Part shown: one piece after another, positions 27,801 to 40,500 of the stretch
How positions within the stretch are numbered: the stretch's first letter is position 1
Layout: each line of letters opens with the position of its first letter
Origin: Sphagnum compactum
Taxonomy: Eukaryota
NCBI GenBank assembly: GCA_965153455.1
Contig: OZ234493.1
Span: forward strand, 11,212,213-11,276,212
Direction of reading: 5' to 3'
Length of the DNA stretch: 64,000 nucleotides
Program-made: the position numbers and the translations under genes
Notes under the pieces: model-generated
Told to the model about the DNA's origin: nothing
The model's input: only the letters and a program-made list of their open reading frames with translations
Database searches by the model: none

Positions 27801-30800
27801 ATTGGAAATAAAAGTTGGCATCAATTGTGCCGCTGTAATTTTATAAGTAAAACCTACCTCGCTGAAGAATGGTTATTTCTCTGTCCTTACCCCATTATAT
27901 TGACATTAGTAATCCCCAAGCATTTCCTATGTTATTATTAAACACATAACCAATCTTTGGCCAAAACGCAAAACATTTTATTTGGATTAAACCAAGATTG
28001 AAGTATGAGACTAATTGTGAACTAATGAACATGCTACAGACCTAGAATCATGTTGCTATTTTAGGCCTTCCAACTGCAAACATTCCACAACCAAACTCAA
28101 AACAAGGCATAGAAAAATAAACAACAATCCCAACATGCTATAGCCCATTGGGTGTCAAATTTTTCAGCCCTCATCAGCAAACTTGTCAACAATATAACAC
28201 TCCCATACATGACTCAAAGAATGTATGGGAGTGCTAAAATTGAATGTGATTTCCCTCACTGGGCAAAACCATAGAACAAACTGAAATGGTCCTACAGACA
28301 TTTAGTGATATAATGTGGATCCATTGGTTTATTCCATTCAAAAACCCACACCATTTTCTGATCTACTAGGAGAGTGCAAGAAATAAATGGTCTTTTAATC
28401 CTCATCGTACCTAATGACTATTCAAATAGGGTAGTGATCTCTTGAGAGTTTCATCCCTAAGCAGCCAAGAGGGACAAAACATTAATGTGAAACCCTAAGT
28501 TTTGACATGGGGTGCAAGTTAAATGTTGTTCATTACCACAAAAAAAATTCCATTTCTTGTAATGTTGATAACATATATACATTTTGTAATCATTGCATGA
28601 AAACACATAATCATTTGCCGTGTGGAATGAAGGTAAGAACATTGGGACAAACTAATGGCAAAAAATTCTTGCAAAACCAAGGCACAAAATATATAAGATT
28701 GCAATCATCTAGATGCTCATGGTTAGGGAATAAGTAAACAGTCTTGACTGGTTAGTAAATATTTAAAAGTGAATTGGTAGTTAATTATAAATTATTTATG
28801 AATGAACTATGAATGAACTACAAGTTAATTATGAATGGACTATGAGTGGATTATGAATATAATAGATGAAAATCCATGTAAATGAACTCCATTTATCATG
28901 TGGCCATGTCCAATATTGACATCTATGACAATATAGAAATAAAGTCATATAAGGTCATAACAATTCATCCCCCAATCAAACTTTAATTACTTTTTATGCC
29001 ACTTATTTTTTATTATTGTGATGTTTAACCAAGTTCTTGGAAAATTAACCTTTTATTGACATGATCATTTATAATATAAATATTAATTCCCTCATTAATT
29101 GGGTTTTATTAAATAATTATTATCCTAGTGACCCTTGCACATTTTTGTTTTTAGTTGATTTGTTCGTGTTGTGGAGAAATCATTTTCATGATTATAATTA
29201 AGTTGTTAAAATTTGCGTCAATGATGTGTACAATCCATTGTTCTTTTGCGTACTTCGTGTTTCATTGAGGTTTTTTAATCAAATGTGAGTTGGAATATTG
29301 AAGCTGCCAATTTTCATTTAAAAAAAAACACCAAGGCAAAAACATCATGTGTTCCCTTTTACATCCACAAGTTAAAACTAATCGTTACAAAATAACAATG
29401 TATCAATTAAAGTAAGACATATTCTTGTTTCATCTTCTCCACTAAATTAACAAAAAATTGTTGTGAAAACATTTCTTGATGGAAACACAACTCTTGGACA
29501 TAAATGCATTATAAGACACTTCAACCAAATGCTCTCCACAAATTGAATGGGAAGATGGTTTTTGCCAACCAAAAGCGCAGGTCTTGCAAAAATTGTTTTT
29601 GTTGCATAGCATCCTTTTTGTAAGGATCTTATGCACCAAAAAATTCTAATATTTCAAAACTAAACACATTAGGTCATTTTTTTGCAAGTTGTCTTTCCAA
29701 TACAACTTTTAATGGAGAGTTTACTTCATCCTCAAAAAGAATTTGCAAGCACAACATAATCTACATCTACATGTTTTTAAAGAGTTGTTATACCATTTTT
29801 GAATAATATGTTGTAATTCCTCTCCTTTCTTTTATTTTTGGATTAAAAGGGACAATATTACCAACAAATCATATAATGCATGACCTAAGGTTTTCTTCCA
29901 TCAACAATGTTATTTTCATTTACAATATAATATGAACAACACAATGGGTTAAGTGTTTTTTGGGTTTTTAAAAAAAAACATTTGACCTACAAATCACTTA
30001 AACATTTACAAACATCCAAAATCATTTACATTGAAGCATTTTCAAGCAATTACAAAAGAGTTCACTTCTAATCATGGCAAAAAAAAACCAATAAAAGAAT
30101 GAGAACTTGTTTTTCCAAAGCTTTGTCCAAAAATCCTTGCAAAAGAACAAATTAAAAAAAAAAACAAAAAGAAATAACAAAGAAAAAAAGGAAGGTAAAT
30201 AACCAAAAAAATGAATCTAGAAAAAAAAAACCCATATAAATGTTTTGAAAAAAAAAAGAAAAAAAGAAAAAAAGGAAGATAAACTTATTACCTCCACCAA
30301 CATGGAGCTTGTTATTTCCAGCTTCCTTTAAACTTGCAGCCTCAAAGCTCTAGCACCCCAAACCGCTTGTGCTAAGCTCCAAAACCTAAAAAAAAGGTGT
30401 TAATACATGTTTAAACATGGTGAAACACAAGGAACAAAGAAACATAGGAACAACAAAACACAAGGGTGTAGCAAAGTAACAAGGAGCAAAAAGGTACTTG
30501 GTATTTGACTTCAAGTGAAACAAGTTAGAAAATGCAATGAAGCATGTAGAAATAGCAAAGCATGCAAGAACAATGAAACACAAGAGTAACAAAACATAAG
30601 AATAATGAAGCACAAGGAGCACAAAATATAAGAGTAGTTAAGCTATAAAACATAAATAAATATAAAATGGGGCCAAGTTGTAACTTGGCCCTATTTTGTA
30701 GATTAACAAAAAGCTTATTCGTGAAGCTCTTGCTCTTTTCAACTTGCTGTTGAAAAGACGTCATGCACCACCTAAAGCCTAAACCTAAAATAAATCTAAC

Positions 30801-32495
30801 TAAACCTTAAAACATAAACCTAATTAAACACACAAAAAATTAGTGCCTAAGCTACTTTAATACCTTGAAAGGTTATCAAGAAAGGTGTTTGAAATACCCT
30901 TTGAAATTTTTAAAAAGTCAATTTTCATTTGGGTGAAAATCAATGGGTAGGTTTTAAAAAGGTTATCACTTAAAGTGATAACCATCAATTTTCATTTTGA
31001 AAACCGTACAAAAAACCTTAAAGGTTCTCACCAAAAAAATGTTGAAAGGAAAATTGGTGCCTAGGCCATTTTAATACCTTGAAAGGTTATCAATAGTGGT
31101 GTTTGAAATACCCTTTGAAGTTTTCCAAAAGCCAACTTTCACTTGGGTGAAAATCAATGGATAGGTTTTCAAAGAGGTTATCACCTTAAAATAACCATCA
31201 ATGTTCATTTTGAAAACCTGATTGAAAACCATAAAAGTTCTCAGTAAAAAGCTGATAATTGCTAAATATTATTACATACCAATGTTGAAAGGACATTTGG
31301 TTTCTAGTGTTAAATCCAAGGGTTCAACATTCGATTCTTCTGACTCAAAAACAAAAATAACACCCTTTCGTCAAAACCATCACAAGAATTGAAACCATCA
31401 ACTAGCCTTTTGTTAAGTTCAAAGCAAAATTGAAACCATGAAAAAATATTTTGGAACATAGGGTTAAGTTCTTTAAGTAGACAAATGATTTTTTTGAAAA
31501 GTTTACAAGTGGACTAAAATTTATACTTGAATATGAATTTTAAATAATTGTTCAACCCCATACGTATATAATCATTGGTTTTAATTTGTTATAAAACTTT
31601 GTACATAAAGCATTTTGGAAAAAGATCCTTTGCATTTGGATTGCAATATAAGGAATCTTGTCCATTCCAATCCATGCGTTTGTGACTTGTGTCCAAATCA
31701 ACCATTTTTGTGACTATAAATGTGACTATCCTCCATGACGCCTAGTAAAAACAACTTGTAGTCGCATAAACGACTACAAAGTGGTTTGCAGTTTCATATG
31801 CAATTTAGACTTGTGATTAAATTTGTTGATTTCAATGAAAATGAAAATGAAAAGTACATTTATATCATCCATCTTTAATGGCATCCCAAAATAGATGAAA
31901 ATGTAGTTATTCTTGTAATTGGAAAATGGTTCATATGCCATTGGACACCAAATGGCATCATTTTAACTATAAATATTTGTGACTATAAATCCTAGTTGCA
32001 AATGTACATGAAATTAAATGTGAAAAAAATATGAATTGCTTAGGGAAATTGTTGGATTTGCTAGTTTAAATTTTTTCCCTTAATATTCTTCAATGAACTA
32101 ACCATTAAATTTGTAGTAGGGATTGGTGGGTTTGCGAAAATTAGGAGCCATGGAAATTCATGATAGAAATGGACCATTTTGAAATTCCTAAAATTATAAA
32201 GTTCTTCATAATTTGAAGATAGGTGTGAAAAGTACACATATTAGAGCATCCATTGATGGATGAAAACATATTATTTTTGCAATTAGTCATGTAGAGAAAT
32301 GGTTAATAAGTAGCAAATAGTAAATAGGGCTAGGTAATAGGTAGTAGGTATTAGGTAATATGTAAGTAGGCTAATTAGTAATACGTATTTTATTGTGTTG
32401 AATGAAATAATGTATGTTTAATTAATTAATTACGTTAGTTAATTAATCAATTATAAGTTGTAAGTTGTAAGGTAATATATAATAAGCAAGATGTA

Positions 32496-33017
32496 CAGTA
32501 GAACCTCTATAATTTTATCACCTAGGGACCGGCAGCCAGTGATAAAGTTTGAGAGGTTATAAGTTATGGGAGAGTTTGGAACTGTGAGGCTGCAGGCTGC
32601 TCTTTTTTTCCCATTTTCTTTGCATTTTTGATCATCAAGGCAACCCGTTTTTGGTAGAGAAAAAGGATGAAAAACATCTGAAGTCCAGCACTTTTTTTCC
32701 GAACCTGCTTGTAACCGGAGTATTGTCCCTCCAGCGCGCTTCACACTTTGCCCTAAACTAGATACACGGTACAGATATGACAGAGTACGCCATCTCCACC
32801 AGAATAGTCTTAAACAGAGGCCTATCACTAGCTATTTCCACCATAACTGATCGAGAAATAAACGAATTATAAAATTATAAAATTGTCGGGAAAGAGGAAA
32901 AGTGATAAGTTATAAGAATATAAAATTTTTGCCTGGTCCCATTGATGGACCGGGCCGGAGTGATAAAATTTGAGAGGTTATAAAATTTGGGGGGATCAGT
33001 TTATAGAGGTTCTCCTG
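32496..33017. mobile_element. Tc1/mariner-superfamily (pogo-like) MITE, 522 bp
   Basis: TIRs CAGTAGAACCTCTATAA / TTATAGAGGTTCTCCTG, flanked on both sides by TA. Internal repeated motif GGACCGG..AGTGATAAA.TTTGAGAGGTTATAA. Confidence 0.85.
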
Positions 33018-33242
33018 TATGTATGTGGGTTAAATAGTAGGTATTTTATCACGTTGATATGGTAGATATAGGTCCAATCTGTTCAACATAAACCAATCAT
33101 GCCCCAACTGAGTTGTCCTACCAACCTAAGTTGGCATGCTTGATTTTGAGTAGCACATAATTCAATACATTACAAGATATACGTGAGACAAAAAAAATTT
33201 CAAGGATGTCGATCTAATTATCTTCTTGTTCAAAACATATTT

Positions 33243-33362
33243 TCAAGCTTTATGTACTTCTGTTGTATCACCATCTCCCTCCTCTACATCACTATATTCC
33301 CTCGGCCGTTTCGACGACCTGGCGACCACCTCCTCTACTTGCTCCTCCAGAATCAATTCCAT
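33243..33362 (-). other. 39-aa small ORF or orphan first exon (MELILEEQVEEVVARSSKRPREYSDVEEGDGDTTEVHKA)
   Basis: ATG 33362 to TGA 33243. Coding-like GC content with retained CpGs, downstream of the TATA box and leader. Below the ORF-track length cutoff. Confidence 0.35.
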
Positions 33363-33753
33363 ACCACCCAAAACCAAAAGAAAAACAACACTACCCCCAC
33401 CCCCAAAAACCCAAAACTCCCCGCAACAAAAGCACTACTCGCTTGGCAAGAGAACCGAGACCTAAAACAAGAGCTTGGCAATCGAAACTACAGAAAAATA
33501 AATGAAGGCAGATAGAGACCAAGATTCAACAGCAAAGAGAGAGAGAGAGAGAGGAAAGAGGATAAGAAGATGGGAAAATGCAGATTGATGAGAGACAACA
33601 CAAGTAAGAATGAGAAAAACGATGGAGCAATGGAAGGAGATCTTTGTTCTTTGCTTCTTGTATCTTCTTCTTCTTGCCTCTTCAGCAGCAGCGTACTGTG
33701 AGTAATGTTCTTCTTCGATGAATGATGGTGAACTTGGAGGGGATGCTGTGGAG

Positions 33754-33761
33754 TTTATATA
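33754..33761 (-). promoter_or_regulatory. TATA box (TATATAAA) upstream of a CT-rich leader and a short ORF
   Basis: Minus strand reads CTCTTATATAAACTCC, next to a CpG-rich tract (33840-34230) and followed by a CT-repeat-rich leader. Confidence 0.45.
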
Positions 33762-35207
33762 AGAGAAGGGGGGGGGAAAAAAAAAACAAAAAACTGGTAA
33801 CTACTGAGCGCTTCCACTGTCATCTGTCGACTTTTTCTGTGAATGGGTGTCAGGTATCTGTCGCGGATGTCGCGGGAGTGGCCCCAACTGCGCCGAATCC
33901 TGCACCAAAATCTTCTTCGTGTCATCAAAGTCGCTGGCCGCGATCTAGCGAGCAAGCACCCCTCCTGCAATAACAGTTGCAGCCGCCTAGTGGCCCACAC
34001 GCAACAACTACTGCTGAATTATTTTTCTGACACTAATTAGATTTTTTTATTTTTTTCAGCAACATTGAAAAGCGATCGATCGCGCGCACACACTCGAATA
34101 GCATAAATTTTGCGAGCGCACCATAATTTTTGAAAAAAAAATCTTCTCGACAATTCTCGAAGGAACAACGACCAACAACTTTCTCGACCACGCTTTTCCA
34201 GCGCCACTACTGAAACCCTAAACCGCCCTTTTCTTTACCCTAAACTCCCATTTCTTTTACTTTGAACTCCCTTTTGTCTACCTTACACCTTTTTCTTTAC
34301 CCTACATCGTTTTCTTTATCCCTTCACCTTTGCTTTTCCCTGCAAACTGGACATATGTACATAGCATAGGTACTTACCTACCTACTTACCTACCTACCTA
34401 CCTACCTAGTTACCTACCTACATGCAAGGCTGCAAGTAAGTTTCCACAGAATAGGATAGGTACTTAATTATAGACCCCTATCCTAGTCAGTAAGGACTGT
34501 GTACACAACTTCTTTTTCGTTTCTTTTCAAAAATTAATTTCTTTACACCATACCCTTTTCTTTTTCCTGCAAACTGGACATAGGTTATATAGGCATAGGT
34601 ACCTACCTACAAGACTACATCTAGGAGTCTACATAACAGGATATAGGTAGCTAATTATAGATCCCTATCCTAGTTAGTATGGACTTTCTTTTTGTTTTTT
34701 TGTTTTTTGGGTTTTTGTTTTTTTTCTGTTCAAATACCACCACCCCCCCCCCCTCTGCCACCCCACATTCTATATCGGTGGCCCGTCACCTACTACCACA
34801 ACTAAATTTGTGGAATGGATTTTATAATTAGTTGGGCTCTTTGGGAGCATCTGATTGGTCCATACACTAAAAATAGCTGAACCCAAGATGGGTCTTGTGG
34901 GGGTGCATGGGGTTCACGCTTTCTAAACCTTATCTCCAAATCTGGCTAAATCATCTTATAGATTTGGCTACATACTAAATATGGAAATCGGAAAAAGAAA
35001 AAAAGAAAAAAACCCAGAATTGTTCTATATTCTTGGCTACCTACTGGAAATTATCATAAAATTCTGGCGATTTGGGGAAAAAAAAATCTTCGAAATCTGG
35101 CTAAAATCTGACGCCGTTGTGGGCATTTGCCGCATTTGACGCTTTGTTTGTTACAAGTTTTGCTGCCGCTGCCGCTGTTGTTGTTGTTGTTGTTCCAGAG
35201 TAGTGCA

Positions 35208-36311
35208 ATGGCGATGGAGAGTGATCCGCAGCAGCTACAATGGAATGTAGTCTTGGTGCTAACCGGTTTAGCTATGGCGTGGATGTTGCTTTGTTTGTGG
35301 CTTCGATCCCAGAGACAGCGCTTCTTGTCGTCTTTTTCTCCCCAAGAAGATGCTGATTACCTGATGAGGATTCTCGCAAATGTGGAGTTTCCATACTTGT
35401 CTCACACTTCAATGGAGTTCGCCATCTTTCGAACATGTGCCATTCCTTCCATCTCGAAAATCCTTGACAAGACGGGTGTATTCCGAGTTGCAGCAGCTAA
35501 GCGAGCAGATGATACAGAGATTCTGACTCGTGAGTTTTTGCTGCATCATGTGGACAGTGATAGAGGATCACTTGCAATTCGTCGTCTCAATTTCATTCAT
35601 AGTCAGTACGTGATCTCCAACGACGACTACCTTTACGTGTTGGCTCTTTTCGCTCGGGAGCCTGTGAGATGGGCTCGACGATTTGGGTACAGAAAATGGA
35701 CAAGTGCGGAAGAGGTCGCAGCATTTGTGAAATGGCGAGATGTGGGTGTGCGTATGGGGATCAAGCACATTCCGGAGAATGTACAAGAGCTTGAGAGATG
35801 GGAAGAAGAATACGAGAAGAAGAACATGAAGTATGCGGATTCCAATCGTCGAGTCGCCGATGCGCAATTCACACTCTTGCTCGAGAAGTATCCGAGATGC
35901 ACTCACTCCTTGCTACGTCGTGCTATCTATGCTATGCTAGACGACAGATTGCGAACTGGTCTAGGCTACCCTCGGCAGGCGGAATGGATCCAACGGCTTG
36001 TACGCGGTACTCTTCGCTTCTGCGTCGGGACTTTTGTTTCCTTGTTCCTTCCTCCACGGCCTTTGCTCTTGGCAGCCGATCGCATCAAAGTCGACATCAA
36101 GGAACAAGGAGAGAAATTCAATCCCGAGATGGTTAGACCGCTCAGCTTTCAGAGATATTCCTCTTGCTCGTACCCTAATGGGTACAAAATTGCCGATGTT
36201 GGTGCTTTCAAACCTGGTCAGCTGGGCACAGCCGTAGAGGGTGAGCTTTTGTGTCCTCTTTCAAGCAGGTACTTTGCGATGACTTGGCCTCCAGAACAAT
36301 CATATTTCTGA
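35208..36311 (+). CDS. MpaB/DUF2236 (ER-bound oxygenase / rubber-oxygenase-like catalytic domain) protein with N-terminal membrane anchor, intronless, ~367 aa
   Basis: The ORF track starts at a TTG (35127); the first in-frame ATG is 35208. A hydrophobic N-terminal segment is followed by EFP....S.EFAIFRT.AIPSISKIL..TG.F, KRADDT, AIRRLNFIHSQY.ISNDDYLYVL..F..EP.RW..RFGYR and W.DVG.RMGIK.IP, all characteristic of MpaB/DUF2236 proteins. Confidence 0.88.
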   Translation: MAMESDPQQLQWNVVLVLTGLAMAWMLLCLWLRSQRQRFLSSFSPQEDADYLMRILANVEFPYLSHTSMEFAIFRTCAIPSISKILDKTGVFRVAAAKRADDTEILTREFLLHHVDSDRGSLAIRRLNFIHSQYVISNDDYLYVLALFAREPVRWARRFGYRKWTSAEEVAAFVKWRDVGVRMGIKHIPENVQELERWEEEYEKKNMKYADSNRRVADAQFTLLLEKYPRCTHSLLRRAIYAMLDDRLRTGLGYPRQAEWIQRLVRGTLRFCVGTFVSLFLPPRPLLLAADRIKVDIKEQGEKFNPEMVRPLSFQRYSSCSYPNGYKIADVGAFKPGQLGTAVEGELLCPLSSRYFAMTWPPEQSYF

Positions 36312-37182
36312 TCGGCATGGAATTTCAGCTTGATCTTTGTGCCAGCCATGGTGCTCTGATCCATAAGCTTTGTTGTAGAGTCTGTCTCATCCATCTCTTC
36401 TTGCTCATCAGCTGCAGGATCTATACAGTTTCAAACCCCAAGAAGCTAAAGCTCCCTTACACCATTACAAACCTTAAGTGTTTCTTCTTGAAACTGTATG
36501 ACAGTTCTTTGATCTGTTCCGTTTTTTGTTGGAAGCTTGTAGCTGCTCATGAGCCACCAGCAGCAGCAGCCTCCCCCATGCTTAGACTCTGTGCAAGATT
36601 GTTTGGAAAATGTTGTGAATCTTATATTACATGTGTTGTTTGATGTGCTAAATTAGCAAATTCTGTGGGGGTTTCCTTTGACTTTCCAGTGCTCACGTTT
36701 TTCTATCTGGAAGTGTTTTTCTTTGACTTCAAGGAAAAGTTTTGAACATCATGAGTGTGGTTATATGTTTGATTCTTACATCCCTGCATGAACCCTATTT
36801 GTGTACTATTTGCTCCGCAATAGAAGAGCACCTCAAAACCAAAGAATTCCTGAAAACCTCAGAAGATAGCAACCAACTTACACCCACTCATTCAAAGAGC
36901 CTCTGATGACTGGCAATCCTGCAAGAACTCATAGATGAATCAACAGGTCAATCAACTTCTGCCTTATGCTGCAGTCTCAACTCTTCAGAGTTGCAAAAAG
37001 AAAGTAACCATTCACACAAGTGTTCCATGCACCAGTGTCCTGTAACAACTACCCTGGCCTCTTGTCATTCTAATGTGACAACTAAAGACAAACTACAGTC
37101 ATCAACATTGCAAGAGCATGCCAACAAACCCATCCCTTGGCCACTTAAGATGCTGATAGATGCCGCTCCTGTAAAATTGTTC

Positions 37183-37284
37183 CAGCCTCAGAAAAACTCT
37201 CAATCCTGCAAACTGGGTGTTAACTCAAATTTCAGCCTCAGAAAAACTCTCAATCCTGCAAACTGGGTGTTAACTCAAATTTCA
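37183..37284. repeat. Perfect 50-bp tandem duplication downstream of the NASP stop
   Basis: CAGCCTCAGAAAAACTCTCAATCCTGCAAACTGGGTGTTAACTCAAATTT at 37183 and 37233. Confidence 0.9.
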
Positions 37285-37517
37285 CAATGTCCACTACTCA
37301 AGGACGTAAGAAAGTCCACTGAAAGAGACCCAAGGATGGTGCTCTGGTTTTGCAACTTCCTGCTTAAGTCTTTGGGCTTTTGAATTTGCCAATGCGAGAT
37401 GCAACAAAAAAACCAGTGCACCTCCTCAACCCACAAATGCCACCCTACACGTGTCACATCTTGTGTAGTGCACTGAAAAGGATGTTCTCAGACCTGAGTC
37501 TGCAGAGCAGTAAATAA

Positions 37518-40500
37518 TCACTCTTGACTCTTATCATTTGAAGCACCACTGCCAACATTGTTATCTTCCTGCACAGTAGAGGCAACAACAGATTTGTTCT
37601 CGATCTGCACACTGCTACCATTAGCAACTCCCTCAGATCTTTCCCCAAATCCAATTTGAGTCTCTCCAAACCCACTGCCTATCATCATATCATCCAGTGA
37701 GCGCTTCTTTGGCTGTGTAGCTGTGGTCCTGGAAACTTCATCACTTGAGACTGCAATCGGTGCTGCCCTTTTTACCCCTCTTCCCACAACCCCAAGATGG
37801 GTGACCACTGCTGACGAAGATGCACCGCCAAGAGAAGGTGCATCAAATGCATCACTACTTGAAGGAGCATTGGCCCCTCCATTGCTTGAACCACTCGCTT
37901 GCGAGACTGCAGCCACAATCTGCTTTAAACTAGCTACTGCTTCAGGATTAGCTGCTTGCAAGGCCTCCACCAGGGAGGGAGCTGTTGCCATTTCTTTGAG
38001 TTCATCGGCCTGCATTGCAGCATGTGGGTCAATTTTTGGCATGAAAACCAAAAGGTAGCCTGCACATAGGATTCACTCTAAAGAGAAACCATTCCTCCAA
38101 AAAAGATCCTAGGAGAGTTTACTGGTAATGAAGCCCCAAACTTTTACTCTCAAGTTATCCATTCAAAACAAAGAGCTACTTGAATAAAAGTAAACTCAGG
38201 CCCTGCAAATTATTTTCAAGACAGTAGAACAGGGGCCATCACATGACTTAAGAATGACAGAAATAGTTATGACCATGAGAGACCTGCAAAACCCACCTTC
38301 TCTCTAAGGTCCAACAGAGATTCTTCGATGTCCTTGATTTCAGCTTCCAGTGCCACCACTACGTCTTCTTGGTCCTCCTTAGCAGGCAAAGCTTCATCTG
38401 CAGAGGCAGAGAGCTCTGAGTTCTCTTCTGGTCCTTCTGTTGTGCTTTCATCTTTCAACACACTTAAACTTCCGGCCTTCTCACTAGCCTCTGGGACTCC
38501 TTGCAACTCAGCTTGGGTTTGTTGGCTTTTTGCTCGAGCAAGTTCTTCTTTAAGCCTTTGCACACGCGCCTCACAAATTGCAACTGCATTATTGCAGTAG
38601 CCAAGAGCCTCCTTAGGTTTGAGGTCCAGCTGGTGTGCAAGACCTATCTTGAAATGCCTATTCAAAGTTCCGTGAACTGTTAGTTCCATTATCTCCCACA
38701 TCAATCACACTTATGTGCATTCCTGTCTCAATAGAACAAAAACCAAATTCGATTCATCACACCATCAAAGTAGAGAACAAAAGAACTAGGAATTGAAGGA
38801 GAGAGAATTACAGTTCAGCAAGGATGCGACTGTCGGGCTCTACCAGCCCCTCTAGAATATGCAAAGCATTTGAATAGTCCTCAAAGCATGTTTTGTAATC
38901 CTCTGCACAGGCAAATCAACAGGTTTGATGTGAAGGCCATGTTCAGCAAACATCTTTCAGTGAAACTAATTGGACACATGGACGAAATGTCTTTGAGTGG
39001 AGTATACAGTGTACCAAACATGTAATTCTCATAACCAACATTTGTGAAGAGGAGATAGCTCAATAACATCAAAGCAGGAAATTCAAAAACACTGGAACAA
39101 AAGGAGACAAAAACAAGGGACATGAAGTTAATGCACTCTTACAGGAATGATAGTCAATCTTACACCACAAGAAAATACCAATACCAAATACAAATTAGCA
39201 GTGACAGAGATGCCCTCTGACCAGCACATGAACTATTCTGACGAAATGAATAAAAAGAATAAGCAACATGGATAGCCACATAGCTGCCACAAGATAATTC
39301 ATCCAGGATGCCAGTGATGAGGGGCTAAAAACCAAACCTAACTACAGATACTTACCTTTGAAACAGTTTATGTCTGCAAGTTTGGTGATAATGTCAACAG
39401 TTTCAATGGTGCAGCAGCCATGCTTTTCATGGATCACTCGTGCAAACTCAAGCATCTTCCAAGCATCCTCCAAGTCGCCTTCTTCTTCCTCTACCTGATC
39501 CCCATCCCCTTCCCCATCTCCATCTCCCTCTTCATCATCTGCAGGGTCCTCCTCTGTCAACAGAAACACAAACAAAAGTATTGTCAATGCATATTCCAAG
39601 CATCCCCAGATCTGTGTCCTATGTAAAGCAAAACCTACTTCCCTTCAGCATCTCTAATTGATCAAAGGTTCAACAGATTACTCAATCCTTGCATGGCTTC
39701 ATATTGCAGATGAGCATCTTCTGAAGTACTTGATGAGTGATGGAGAAAACCTTTTCCTTTTGAGGCTCCAGGGGATGATGGGCCTTCCTCACTCTCCGTT
39801 GGTGCAGCTTTGTCACCAAGAGGATCTGATTCAGACTGAACTCTGTCAAACAATGCACAGCCATACTTATAGTATGTTGTTGCACACTCAAGTGCTAACT
39901 CGCCATAATGTTGCACCCTGCAACCAATCAAATACATGTCAAATAATAGGCATGCACAGCCCATCCATCAAAGATGGAATCTGGCCCAGGGTTCCAATGC
40001 ACCTGCTTATCGCCTGTTTTGTACTACTGGAAGTAGTCTCATGATTGGTAATGCAGTTAAATATCATTGAATGTAATATCTCTACATGCAATGACTCATC
40101 AATAGGTCACCTGGCTTCTTGCTGACATGACCCTGAGACAAAAAAAATGCTTGAACATGATGAATCAGTAAGTTGCCTGTGTTATTCTTGGAACTTAAAA
40201 ACCATTTCTTTGTTCCAACATGAAAACCAAGACAAGCATAGCAATAAATAAGTCAATGAATAATTAGCAAAAGGCCAAGGGAGGTTGTAATGTTTATTTA
40301 GAGGACTACATTCCACTAATTACCTTCACTAGCGAAACACAAGAATCCCAATAATCAGGCATGTAAGTCACAAAACCCCATTAAAACAACTATATTTCTT
40401 TGAAAGGACTGCAAAAGGTCTTGCCCACAGGCCCCATCAACACTAACTACTGTGATGAATGTAGTTTTCTGTTGCAATCCAATTTTCCACACATCACCAT

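Larger units (their letters stand above)
10610..31271 (-). mobile_element. Degenerate hAT DNA transposon (~3.8 kb of own sequence) interrupted by a 16.8-kb nested block
   Basis: Left end CAGTGTTGGGTGGTTCTCATTTTTT at 10610; a decayed inverted copy ends near 31271. Flanks GCATATAC / TTACATAC are a possible decayed 8-bp TSD (5/8 match). Transposase pieces on the minus strand: TISFNLWM.KGTHDVFALV..NENWQLQY (~29400-29295), ITIGFIEASETT..LARNL..YVKDEGANLN..SCFGH (12458-12100), and dimerization-like LQW.KHE..PTIGFL..QIL (~11250-11000). Confidence 0.75.

Noticed and set aside
30841-31250. ~210-bp direct duplication resembling paired LTRs
   Set aside because: The copies are adjacent and lie in the hAT subterminal region, best explained as a local tandem duplication.
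35127-35207. 27-codon leucine-rich N-terminal extension of the oxygenase ORF
   Set aside because: It starts at TTG and runs through a (TTG)n microsatellite. ATG 35208 (or 35214) is the more plausible eukaryotic start.
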